NCBI GenBank assembly: GCA_964579525.1
Contig: CAZOHW010000001.1
Span: 80,569-144,568 of the forward strand
Origin: an uncultured Nitrospira sp.
GTDB lineage: Bacteria; Nitrospirota; Nitrospiria; Nitrospirales; Nitrospiraceae
DNA: 64,000 bases
Direction of reading: 5' to 3'
Of the stretch, positions 38,879 to 48,260 are shown piece after piece. How positions within the stretch are numbered: the first letter of the stretch is position 1; each line of letters starts with the position of its first letter. The translations under genes and the position numbers were made by a program. The notes beneath the pieces were generated by a model. That model made no database searches. It was not told where the DNA came from and saw only the letters and a program-made list of their open reading frames with translations.

Positions 38879-40231
38879 CTATTTATCCGTCTTCCCAAGA
38901 GCCCAGTCCAACCCCAGCGTCACCCCATCGCGCTTCACCAGATCATACAAATAACTACCGGCATTGATCCGCTCCTTTCGAGCGAGACGCTCTTTCACTT
39001 CATGGATGCGACGCATGATCATCATATGCGGAACTGTATTGATGGCGCGTTGCCACATTTTCAGCCACACATGAGGATCCTTTCGCCGACCAGAGAGATC
39101 GAGAATCATCTCCAGTAAACGATGCGCCGACGCGGCCGCCTCTTCCGGACTTTGATGCTCCACATGCGCGTCGGCAATCAACAAGATCGGATCGCCAGTA
39201 TCGTCTGGGATACCCGGTGCCGGGCGCTCCTCTCCAAGTCCAAAATGAGCCCGCCTCTCTTCCAATTGTTGTTCGGCCTCCCGCCACGCCGGCCCCGCTT
39301 CCCACATCAACATAAACTCACGGGGTTTGCTGCCTTTCACCGGAACGAGATCCCATGAACTCAAAAACTGACAGGCCATGAGCTCCTGATGTGCCGGTCC
39401 TAGCTGCTGGCGCACTTGCGAAATCGCGGTATAGCGCGTCAATTCGAACCCTTCGACCAGCTCAGAATAGCTCTGCATTGCCGTGCCTTTTCCAAGATAA
39501 AACAGATGTGATAATAATTGATGTAGAATTTTGGTGATGTGCCCCTTCATCTCCTGTAGCAGATGATGATCGACCACAAAACAATTGCCGGCCAATAAAC
39601 TCTCGCAATACCAATCCTCTAACTGGATTTCATACCGATCCACCAGCATTCCCTGATCGTTCAGCGATCCTGGCAACGTCACATTGCGAAGAATGCGCAT
39701 AAATGACGCTCGCGGGGACTTCACTTGAACGTGCCCGGATTTTGTGGTCTTGCCGGACCCCACTCCGATCATTAACCCGGCCAACCGCGTTAAACACCGA
39801 TTGAGTTCTTGATATTCTCGCCCGCCTTTCTCTTTGCCTGCCCGCTCTAAGACTTCGTACCCTTGGAACTGAACCACTGGATCTAAATGATGAAACTCTT
39901 TGATCCGATGGAGTAACAGGCTTTCCAACCCCAGAAAGAGTTCAAAGTCCACAGCTGTGGGAAATCCCAAATCTCCAGACGCGTACGCCACCAACGTCAT
40001 TTTCCGTATCGTCCCATTCCGCCAAATATGACGGACCATCTCCTTTTCACGCACCGGATGACGAGATCGACGTGAAGAGATATTCGCAGACCAAAACTGT
40101 AACGAGGCTAGAATGCGCTCACGGAGAAGAAACCGAGAGGCGGATTGGCCAAATGATGGGAGCCCAGCTCCTTTTGTGAGCCCTTCCGCTCTTACGACCG
40201 AAAGAGATTGTGAAGACTCAGCGTCCTGCAC
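38879..40231 (-). CDS. Plasmid replication initiator (RepA/RPA-like)
   Basis: GFPTAVDFELFLGL..F..YEVL..K..GG..Y..L..L.RL winged-helix Rep pattern; adjacent to iterons and parAB. Confidence 0.7.
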   Translation of the reverse strand: MQDAESSQSLSVVRAEGLTKGAGLPSFGQSASRFLLRERILASLQFWSANISSRRSRHPVREKEMVRHIWRNGTIRKMTLVAYASGDLGFPTAVDFELFLGLESLLLHRIKEFHHLDPVVQFQGYEVLERAGKEKGGREYQELNRCLTRLAGLMIGVGSGKTTKSGHVQVKSPRASFMRILRNVTLPGSLNDQGMLVDRYEIQLEDWYCESLLAGNCFVVDHHLLQEMKGHITKILHQLLSHLFYLGKGTAMQSYSELVEGFELTRYTAISQVRQQLGPAHQELMACQFLSSWDLVPVKGSKPREFMLMWEAGPAWREAEQQLEERRAHFGLGEERPAPGIPDDTGDPILLIADAHVEHQSPEEAAASAHRLLEMILDLSGRRKDPHVWLKMWQRAINTVPHMMIMRRIHEVKERLARKERINAGSYLYDLVKRDGVTLGLDWALGKTDK

Positions 40232-40344
40232 CGTAACGTTCTTTCTTCTCTTCCGTTATTCTTAACGTACAGCCTGCATACTTCATGAAGAGGGCATCGA
40301 AAAGAAGGCCCATAATTTCAAACCGTTCATAAGAATAGATCACG

Positions 40345-40654
40345 TTCAATGATTTCCCGACGCTTCACCGATTTCCCGCTCAAATCTTCAATGACTTCCC
40401 GATAGAAACCACCACTTCTTCAGTCGCTTCCCGCCCCATTCACTCAGTTCCCGTGAAACCTTCAATGACTTCCCGTCGCCCTGTGGATAATCCCCTCTGG
40501 GCTACCCCTTCCCAGCTCTGGTCTACCCCCTCCCATACCAAACATTCACATATACGAGGGTCTCCGGCATGTATCCTGCCAGATACGCCCGACAGATCTA
40601 AGACACCATCGCGGGAATTCATTGAAACTTTTCAAGTGGCGGGAACCCATTGAA
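40345..40654. repeat. Iteron array (putative oriV): six direct and two inverted 15-mers
   Basis: TTCA-N5-TTCCCG (consensus TTCAATGAYTTCCCG) at 40345, 40364, 40387, 40419, 40439, 40461; inverted copies at 40612 and 40640. Confidence 0.85.
40482..40490 (-). promoter_or_regulatory. Perfect DnaA box
   Basis: TGTGGATAA, the reverse complement of TTATCCACA, 6 bp after the last direct iteron. Confidence 0.75.
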
Positions 40655-40682
40655 ACTTTTTCTTCTTCACCCTGTTCAACAT

Positions 40683-41738
40683 TTATTCCGGTCCAGCCGT
40701 AGTCGCATTCCCAAACCGATCCAGGACACTGAGTATTTGCTGAATGCCTTCTCTCACGCTCTCCACCTTATCTTGTTGATTTGGGGACCAACGAATCGCC
40801 GCCACCACGCCTTTACTGCCATCCTCGCCACGAAGCGTCACGCGGATACATTGTGCGCCCTGGTTAAATCGTGGCCGGCGAGCCACCTCATGCCGCACCC
40901 GTTCACTTGACCATCGCTCTTTCACAGCCTGCCGGGCCACCCGCTCCATCTTCGGAGGCTGATCCAGTAAGGGCAGTAGCGCCTCTGCATGACGAGAGGT
41001 CATCTCACTGCCGGGAGCAAAGAGCGTATCAAGGACTGCGGGCGGAAGTTTTAAGAGACTCAACGCCCGTGAGATCCGGCTTTTGTGACATCCCACCTTG
41101 TCGGCTAATTGATATTGCTGATACCCATGCCGTTGGATCAAGGCGTGAAACGCCCGGGCTTCTTCAAGCGCCGATAAGTCCTTCCGGACCAGATTGTCGA
41201 TCAAGGCTTGTGCGGCCGCTTGATCGGTCGACGTCTCTCGAATCAGCGCCGGGATTGTGGTAAGGCCTAACAACTGGGACGCCCGCCATCGACGTTCGCC
41301 TGCGATGACTTCAAACTGCTCCCCCACTTGACGGACTTGAATCGGGGTCAACACCCCATGCAGACGTATCGAATCTGCGAGTTCTTGATCCGCTATCGGA
41401 TCCACCAGCTGGCGGGGCTGGTCCGGACTCGGAATCAATCGATCCAGCGGGAGCGCATACACCTGCTCGGCCACCTGCCCTGGCTGTGCAGGCTGAGCTG
41501 GACTCGGCATCGGCGGAATCCCTAACGCTTCCGCCACCACGGCTTTCCGACCTTGGACAGCCGGATCAGTGGCGTCACTCGACACCGGAGACGGATTTTC
41601 AGATCGCGTGTCCTGAGCAGAGACGCCCAATAATTCAAACGTATTGAACCGCCTGGTCTGGCCCTCAAACCCCGCCTCAAGTTTGGCCAAGTGCGAGGAG
41701 GGTTTTTTCTTGGGCTGTTCTTTCTTCTGGTCTTTCAT
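40683..41738 (-). CDS. parB: ParB/Spo0J partition protein
   Basis: PDQPR, GVLTPIQVR, IAGERRWRA, NLVRKDLSALEEA, HTH. Confidence 0.93.
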   Translation of the reverse strand: MKDQKKEQPKKKPSSHLAKLEAGFEGQTRRFNTFELLGVSAQDTRSENPSPVSSDATDPAVQGRKAVVAEALGIPPMPSPAQPAQPGQVAEQVYALPLDRLIPSPDQPRQLVDPIADQELADSIRLHGVLTPIQVRQVGEQFEVIAGERRWRASQLLGLTTIPALIRETSTDQAAAQALIDNLVRKDLSALEEARAFHALIQRHGYQQYQLADKVGCHKSRISRALSLLKLPPAVLDTLFAPGSEMTSRHAEALLPLLDQPPKMERVARQAVKERWSSERVRHEVARRPRFNQGAQCIRVTLRGEDGSKGVVAAIRWSPNQQDKVESVREGIQQILSVLDRFGNATTAGPE

Positions 41739-42571
41739 GTCGAGGCCTCACTGGCCACCAGATCATCCGCCAGTTCTTTCAACGGCTTCAAATGTAACCG
41801 CTCCAAGACTTCCCGCCCGAACTGCATAAAATCCCGCGCGCCTGTACTCTGCCGATCCGATTGGAAGATCGTTTTCTTCGAGATTTCTGCCTCCTGAATC
41901 CGGGCCGAGGAGGCGATCGCCGTTGGAAACACCAACGGACCAAACCGTTTCTCGATCGCACTTCGCATCGCTTTGCAGACATTCTTCCGACCATCATGCT
42001 TTGTAATCAACACGCCTAAACACGACAGATTCGGGTTTACGCCTTCTTGGGACACATCTCGAATGACCTCTTCCAAATCCGCGTATCCGTCCAGACTGAA
42101 TTTCGATCCACTCTCCATCGGAACGATGAAGTAATCGGAGGCCACCAACGCATTCACGGTTAATAACGACAGACTCGGCGCACAATCGATTAAGACAATT
42201 TCATCCGGACCAATCGCAAGATGACTCATGCGACGTTTCAGCGCAGAGCCCGGCGTCAGCATATGAATCTTCTGGAGCTCGCGATCTACACGCGTTAATC
42301 CCACATGCCCATAGATCAACCGCACATCTTCTTCGATTGTGTCATGCCAGGGGGACGCGACCGTACTCTCTTTGTCTAGCAAGAGGTTGGCGGTTGTGAA
42401 TTTTACTTCGTACGGATCCATTTTCCCCAAGGTCGTAGACGCATTGGCTTGCGGATCAAGATCAATCACTAAAACTGGATGCCCCAAGCGGGCCAATGCC
42501 GACGCTAGATTCACAACTGTTGTGGTTTTCCCAACTCCACCCTTTTGATTGATGACTGAGATCGTCTTCAT
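41735..42571 (-). CDS. parA: ParA/Soj ATPase
   Basis: NQKGGVGKTT, DLDPQAN, IDCAPSL; ATGA overlap with parB. Confidence 0.95.
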   Translation of the reverse strand: MKTISVINQKGGVGKTTTVVNLASALARLGHPVLVIDLDPQANASTTLGKMDPYEVKFTTANLLLDKESTVASPWHDTIEEDVRLIYGHVGLTRVDRELQKIHMLTPGSALKRRMSHLAIGPDEIVLIDCAPSLSLLTVNALVASDYFIVPMESGSKFSLDGYADLEEVIRDVSQEGVNPNLSCLGVLITKHDGRKNVCKAMRSAIEKRFGPLVFPTAIASSARIQEAEISKKTIFQSDRQSTGARDFMQFGREVLERLHLKPLKELADDLVASEAST

Positions 42572-42748
42572 CTAGTATGCCCTCCTCGACAAGACCACAA
42601 TTAGTCCTGGAAGATATACTTAGACGACAAAAATTGCAACTCCCAGGTCGAACATAGTCCACCATTCTGTCGAACATGATGGCCAAGATATCGACCAGTC
42701 ATAATCTATTTCACTGCAATCGACACATCACTGATTGAATGTTTCACA

Positions 42749-43005
42749 GTTGCGCGCGCGCAACCAATGGACACCCTCGCGGAGAGTATGTGGCAGGGAG
42801 AACTCCAGAGTGGTAATCAGGCCAGACCCCATTCGTCATGGCTATAGGAACGATCGAGCAAATAAACTTATTACAGATTCAAGAAAACATTATGGTCATT
42901 GGAAAACAATTCACATCACTTGTGTAAATCTTTGTCCATATTTTGCTGAATAAACCAGTATGATAAAAGATCAGCTTGGTGGGAAGAGTTGCGCGCGCGC
43001 AACTC
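42749..43005. promoter_or_regulatory. Two copies of the palindrome GTTGCGCGCGCGCAAC (candidate parS)
   Basis: Perfect 16-mer at 42749-42764 and 42988-43003; the second extends to 20 bp (42986-43005); upstream of parA. Confidence 0.6.
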
Positions 43006-43130
43006 GCAAACATTTCACAATTTAACTCTATACAAAACGAGGAGATGACAGAAGAGAACATCCAGATCCTGAGGCAAGCAACTCATCAGTTTCAATAGGA
43101 TCCACTAACCACGAGCACAAGAATCCGCAG

Positions 43131-43829
43131 TCAAGTAGGTGTGCGGACAGACGGGACGGAGTCCGGAAAGCGTCTCGCACGGCGCCAGACTCCCGTGGTT
43201 TTGACGTAGGCCAAATAGCGAAATGCCTTTTCTTCTAGCGAGGGGAGGGGGCTGAAGCCGGCGGCGACTAAATCCTGCACCAATAACGCCGCTTCTCGTC
43301 GTAATTCAGTCCGTTCACTCTCAGGTAGGGTGGCGATTTGCTGATTTAGCGTCGACTGCTCCAAGGAATCAAGTTGATCGATTCGATTCCCCATCTCTAA
43401 GGCAGTGACATTCATTGAAGATGGAGTCGCTTCAAGGAGGTGGATTCGGTATTGCCCCTTCCGAAACACCGCCGGCCCGTGCTTGAGCGAGACCAACTGC
43501 TTCTCACGCAGTTTTCTCATAGTCACGCGAACATTTTTCCCGGCACGGCCCACCCATCGACTCATATCGGCCAGACTTACGCGCAGACTCGAGTGGCCCT
43601 CACCCTGGCAATGTCGGTGGAGCTGAAGATACAGGAGTTGCTCATCACGGCCTAATGCCAGAAAACGTGGATGGTCGAGAATTGCCCGCACTTGCTGCCC
43701 ATAGTCTCCCTCCGATACCCTCGGTCCGTCATCCTCAGCCGTCACCTCTTGTTCCGGTTCGTTGGGCTTCTCGCCGTACTCCGCATACAACGCTTCTTCA
43801 TCAACCATTTGCGGGTCACGGTCCGTCAT
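43131..43829 (-). CDS. Winged-helix hypothetical protein
   Basis: EQLLYLQL..VSLADMSRWVG..VRVTMRKLREKQLV; GGAGG RBS. Confidence 0.6.
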   Translation of the reverse strand: MTDRDPQMVDEEALYAEYGEKPNEPEQEVTAEDDGPRVSEGDYGQQVRAILDHPRFLALGRDEQLLYLQLHRHCQGEGHSSLRVSLADMSRWVGRAGKNVRVTMRKLREKQLVSLKHGPAVFRKGQYRIHLLEATPSSMNVTALEMGNRIDQLDSLEQSTLNQQIATLPESERTELRREAALLVQDLVAAGFSPLPSLEEKAFRYLAYVKTTGVWRRARRFPDSVPSVRTPT

Positions 43830-44114
43830 CCGGCACCTCCAAAATCACGCTGGTATTCTGAGTTCGTTATCACACGCACACGTATCAGTCAATACCCTTA
43901 GTTTCTGTATGAGTGGAAAGTAGGCATCCGGGATTCTCTCCTTCTCGGATGCCTTGACTCTCCGGAGGGAAGCGGGTAGGGTGGCGGCGGACCGGTCAGC
44001 GACCGGGAAAATAGATCGAAAAGAACCACTCTCCTGGTGGGTCGCACAGCCACAGGCCGAATCGCGGATCAAACGACCGCACCATTATTGAGAGAGGGAA
44101 CGAGGACGTGTCCC

Positions 44115-45200
44115 ATGGATCTCTTGCCGGTCCCCATGGACCCGCTGCCTGAGCCAGCCGCCTCTCTGGGGTTAGTCCCCTTAGCCACGACCGGGCTCCG
44201 GCGGGCGGGTGGCGAACTGCCCCCGGTCTGTCTGCAGCTCTCGTCCTCAACCCTAATTGGTCTGCGGGTCTATCTCGATGAGTTCACGCGGCAGCTCGCG
44301 GCGCAGAACCCGTCCGCGACCACGGCCCGGACCTATTTGAAAAGGGGGCGGGCGTTCGTCGCCTGGCTCGAGCAGGAGCGCGGTCTGCGTCGTCTCGATC
44401 GCGTCTGCCTGGAGGCCTACCGCGCCTGGCTCGATCGGCGTTTTGCGAATCTCCGGACCAAGAACGGCTACCTGACCGCTGTCCGCCAGTTTCTGACGTG
44501 GCTGGTGCCGCTCCATCCCGGCCTCGTGAACCCGGCCGCCTTCGTCCCGGGCTGGTCGTGCAGTCGCCAGCACACGCGGCGCCATCTGCCGGTCGAGGAT
44601 GCGAAACGCCTCTTGGCCGCGCTGGAGTCCGATCCACGGAGGACGGACCTGCAGCGCGCGCGCAATGGTGCGATGGCCTATCTGATGCTGAAGACCGGCC
44701 TTCGGACGGTTGAAGTCAGCCGGGCGCGGATCGAGCATCTGCAAGAACATGTGCCGGGAGAGAAGTGGCGCCTGTGGGTACATGGCAAGGGGAGAGCCTC
44801 CGCCGATGAGTCGGTGCAGGTGCTGAAAGAAGTGAATGAACGCATTCAGGCGTACCTGGCCATCAGACCACAGCCGTTGCAGGGGAGTGATCCGTTGTTT
44901 GCCACGACGGCCTGTTATGACAGAGGTGGAAATGTCGTGACGGCAGCCGGGAAGCGGCTCTCGACGCGGGCGATCCATCGCCTCCTCACAGAGGGGTTAC
45001 TTCTTGCCGGTGTGAAGAAACCCGGCATTGTGGCCCACAGTCTCCGCCACTCGACCCCGACCTTTGCCTTGCTCAATGATGCGAATCCGACGCGGGTGCA
45101 GAAGATGATGCGGCATCAGCACTATGCGACGACAGAGATCTATGTGGAAGAAGTGCAGCGGTTGCTTGAGGGGGCGGAAGATGCGGTCACGCAAATATAA
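44115..45200 (+). CDS. Tyrosine recombinase (XerD-like integrase/resolvase)
   Basis: SAM-like N-domain; TGLRTVE, HGKG, HSLRH and MRHQHYATTEIY catalytic motifs. Confidence 0.92.
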   Translation: MDLLPVPMDPLPEPAASLGLVPLATTGLRRAGGELPPVCLQLSSSTLIGLRVYLDEFTRQLAAQNPSATTARTYLKRGRAFVAWLEQERGLRRLDRVCLEAYRAWLDRRFANLRTKNGYLTAVRQFLTWLVPLHPGLVNPAAFVPGWSCSRQHTRRHLPVEDAKRLLAALESDPRRTDLQRARNGAMAYLMLKTGLRTVEVSRARIEHLQEHVPGEKWRLWVHGKGRASADESVQVLKEVNERIQAYLAIRPQPLQGSDPLFATTACYDRGGNVVTAAGKRLSTRAIHRLLTEGLLLAGVKKPGIVAHSLRHSTPTFALLNDANPTRVQKMMRHQHYATTEIYVEEVQRLLEGAEDAVTQI

Positions 45201-45311
45201 TGGCGCATTGAACGGGTTCGTGGACCCGCACGTGGCCGGCGTATTGTAGATTTTCGGTTCTCTGTGCGTAAGACCGACCACAGCCTACAAGACCGAGGAA
45301 TCTGACCTTCC

Positions 45312-46328
45312 TTATACTGGAATTCCCTCGACGATGCTCAATGAGCATTTGGTGGAGATGACTCGGGTCAACTTCAACCGCGCTGCGGCAAACAGTGCGG
45401 CGAATTCTGCCTTTGTCCGCTCACGTCCTCCGATGATGAGCATCTGAATGTCGAGGAGTTTACCCCAGCTGGGATCGTTACCGGGGGCAATGACGTTGTC
45501 CACGACTAAGACTTTCCCCTTCTCATTCATGGCTGTGCGGCAGTTGGTGAGGATCTTGACACACGCCTCGTCGTTCCAATCGTGCAGAATGTACTTCATG
45601 ATATAGGCATCGCCCCCCTTCGGCACGGCCTCGAAGAAGTCCCCGGATTCGAGCCGGCACCGTTCCGTGATGCCCTTCGCCGTCATATGTCGGTCGTTCT
45701 CAGCGCGAGCGATGACAGGACCTCGATCGAAGAGCACACCGTGCAGCCGTGGATTCGCTTTGAGGATCGTGGCTAAGAGGCTTCCGTGTCCACTGGCGAC
45801 ATCGACGAGCGTCCGGATTCCAGAGAACTTGTAGGCCGCGGCCACTGCGGGGTTCTCGATTTGAGAGATGCTCGTCATTGATTCACCAAACACCTCAAGA
45901 TCCTCCGGGTGTTTCTCAAGATACTCAAAGATCGGGACACCGTGAGCCTTCTGGAACGGGACCTCGCCGGTCTTCATTCCGTAGAGCAGTTCTTTCCAAG
46001 AGTCCCACCCCCAATTGTCGTTGATCATGAGCGCCCAAGCATGCATGGAGCCTGATCCGCCTGTCTGAAGTGTCGCAGCGAGCGGCGTCAGCTTGAACCG
46101 TCGACTTTTGGTCTCTGTGAAGATGCCGACGCTCGCCAGGGCGCGAAGGACTCGGTAGAGCGGCTCGGGCTGCACGCCCGCTGCTGTCGCCAAATCTTCC
46201 AGGGTTCGCGGCCCTTTCCTCAGCAGATCCGCCAGCCGGAGTTTCGCAGCCACATGGATCAGGCGTGCAACCCAGTATCCGATGGCGAGATTCCGCATTA
46301 TTTCAGGAGGGGACATCTTTTTGGCCAT
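45312..46328 (-). CDS. SAM-dependent O-methyltransferase (dimerisation domain plus Methyltransf_2)
   Basis: VDVASGHG, GDFF, ILHDW and GGRERT motifs; AAGGAG RBS. Confidence 0.9.
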   Translation of the reverse strand: MAKKMSPPEIMRNLAIGYWVARLIHVAAKLRLADLLRKGPRTLEDLATAAGVQPEPLYRVLRALASVGIFTETKSRRFKLTPLAATLQTGGSGSMHAWALMINDNWGWDSWKELLYGMKTGEVPFQKAHGVPIFEYLEKHPEDLEVFGESMTSISQIENPAVAAAYKFSGIRTLVDVASGHGSLLATILKANPRLHGVLFDRGPVIARAENDRHMTAKGITERCRLESGDFFEAVPKGGDAYIMKYILHDWNDEACVKILTNCRTAMNEKGKVLVVDNVIAPGNDPSWGKLLDIQMLIIGGRERTKAEFAALFAAARLKLTRVISTKCSLSIVEGIPV

Positions 46329-46650
46329 GTTAAATCTCCTTGAAGGTGATTCTGCTTTGCCGCGTTGTCAATGAGTTGAGTCTGCGGCGGCCCTGGCACG
46401 GTGGCATTGTATCTTTTGCAATGCAAGTAGCTCCGTTGTGTGAGGCCGACCGCCTCGAAAATCGATTTTGAGATAGGTTCTGGTTTCCCGGAGTGGAGTT
46501 TCGGTTTTGAGAGCACTTCTACCAGCGGTACTACGCGACGGTTGTGGAAATAGTGCTGCAAAGGCTTCGGGGTATTTTACGCACTCTTGAAGGAGAGAAC
46601 CACAACCTCTTATGAGCGACGGCATTGACGTAGTGGTGTATAAGAGTCGA

Positions 46651-47673
46651 CTACGGGCTGGGAGCAGCATTGTATGGCTGGCCTTTCAAATCCGAATGAG
46701 GAAGCTCTCGTCGTAATTGCTCAACCTGATCTTGTAACTGCTGCATACGCATATTTTGGTCATCGAGTCGATCTCGGAGTTCCTGGTTAGCTCCAGAGAG
46801 ATCTTGGATTTGGAGTTGCAGATCTTCAGGCGAGGTACTGCTCTGACGGCTTTCTGATGGTGTCGCGGCCGGCAAGGGAGCCGGTGAGCCGGTTTCCTTT
46901 TGATTCGTACGCACCGATGGAACGTATGCCTTTTGAGCCAGAACTGTTTTGACGTCCAAAGAAATATGCACTCGCTCGAAGTGTGCCCATCGTGGTTCCT
47001 CGGAACCTGGCACCATCGCCGTTGGAACTGGGCCAGCCACCGAGAGGTTTATACCCTTAGTGTCTCTGATATCTCTGTAGTCCCCGCCGCCTGTGTCTGT
47101 CCGAATGATCGAAGAGTGATCGGTTAGAATAATATGGAGATAGGGACCGCGAAAAAACAGAGATCCAACCGTCCGATCTTCACTATAGGCTACGTCCGGC
47201 TTCGGCAAGGAGAAAAACACTCGCTCCATGGGCTTCGCCTCTCGAAATGCCGCGGCGAGATGCCCCGAGATTGCTGATAACTCTTTGGACGTAAACAGGG
47301 GGACTAATTGTGGCCTGGTCAGCAGGCCGACGATGGTCCCACTGTAGCCGCTGACCTGAATGACGTGAAGGAGTGACTCAAGATCTTTTGAAGTGAGATC
47401 GAGCGGATGATTGTTCTGAACCGGTTGACCGAATCTACTGACAGAAGGATCTGCTTCCAGGCCAATCCTGATTCCCTCACGATCGTATACCAATCGCTCC
47501 TGGCCAAAGAGGATACAGCCAGAGAGATTGCCGATTGCGATCATCATAGATATGAGGCAGTAAATGGTCGGCACAACATTTGACTGGTGTCTGACAAATC
47601 GTTGGTTCTTTAATCCAGTGGTCATAAACATCAGCCCAAAATTCAGTGCTGAATCTATGGATTCTTCGTACAC
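46651..47673 (-). CDS. Putative lipoprotein with C-terminal coiled coil
   Basis: Lipobox-like LSGC; true start probably downstream of the ORF start. Confidence 0.55.
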   Translation of the reverse strand: MYEESIDSALNFGLMFMTTGLKNQRFVRHQSNVVPTIYCLISMMIAIGNLSGCILFGQERLVYDREGIRIGLEADPSVSRFGQPVQNNHPLDLTSKDLESLLHVIQVSGYSGTIVGLLTRPQLVPLFTSKELSAISGHLAAAFREAKPMERVFFSLPKPDVAYSEDRTVGSLFFRGPYLHIILTDHSSIIRTDTGGGDYRDIRDTKGINLSVAGPVPTAMVPGSEEPRWAHFERVHISLDVKTVLAQKAYVPSVRTNQKETGSPAPLPAATPSESRQSSTSPEDLQLQIQDLSGANQELRDRLDDQNMRMQQLQDQVEQLRRELPHSDLKGQPYNAAPSP

Positions 47674-48191
47674 ACCGTCTCTTGCCTCAGGGTGACGTAT
47701 CCTGCTTCATAGAAGGGGAAATCTGCGATCTCCCGCCCTTGTGTATTCCAGAAATGGAGACAGTGGGCCTCCACGATTGGAAAACTTCGAGAGAGGTCGT
47801 TGACAGTGATGACTTTCCACGGAAGGGTCGCTCCTACGACCATTACTCGATTGCCAGGCTGGAGATCCGAGCTTTCGATTTGTCCCTGATAGATGATGAC
47901 AAAATCCCCATTATTTTTCCCGTTATCCTTTGGTCCATAAGCCGGGTGTTCAACGATGGGCAACTGGGAAACGACGATAGTGACCGTGTCTCCGGATGCC
48001 TGAGACTGCATAACTCTCCCACCAAGCTGAACTGTTTTTGATTCTGACCCATCAATCATCATACCCCAGCGGGAAAAATCAAAATTGCGGTCCACGTCCT
48101 TCATAACTTTGGAGGGAAACACCTTATATGTGGGAGCACAGGCGCTCATCATCGCCCACGACAGGACGAGAAGGCCGGCAATAATTCTCAC
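47655..48191 (-). CDS. Slp-family outer-membrane lipoprotein
   Basis: Lipobox MSAC; VQLGG; QLP..P; GNRVMVVG; LHFW; AAGGAGG before GTG. Confidence 0.75.
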   Translation of the reverse strand: MRIIAGLLVLSWAMMSACAPTYKVFPSKVMKDVDRNFDFSRWGMMIDGSESKTVQLGGRVMQSQASGDTVTIVVSQLPIVEHPAYGPKDNGKNNGDFVIIYQGQIESSDLQPGNRVMVVGATLPWKVITVNDLSRSFPIVEAHCLHFWNTQGREIADFPFYEAGYVTLRQETVCTKNP

Positions 48192-48260
48192 TGTTACCTC
48201 CTTACACTGTTCCAACATCTAGCGTCAAACCAACGCAAGAGCCAAGAAATCATCGTGTAG

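Noticed and set aside
40345-40475. CRISPR-like array
   Set aside because: Repeats are 15 bp and degenerate with 4-17 bp gaps, and there are no cas genes; iterons fit better
1-43900. Prophage interpretation
   Set aside because: No virion, terminase or lysis genes; TraD, TraT, parAB and rep point to a plasmid or ICE
44078-45207. 11-bp imperfect inverted repeats (CGCACCATTAT / ATAATGGCGCA) flanking the recombinase as att or dif sites
   Set aside because: Only 9/11 identity, no paired arm with spacer, and no tRNA or direct repeat seen
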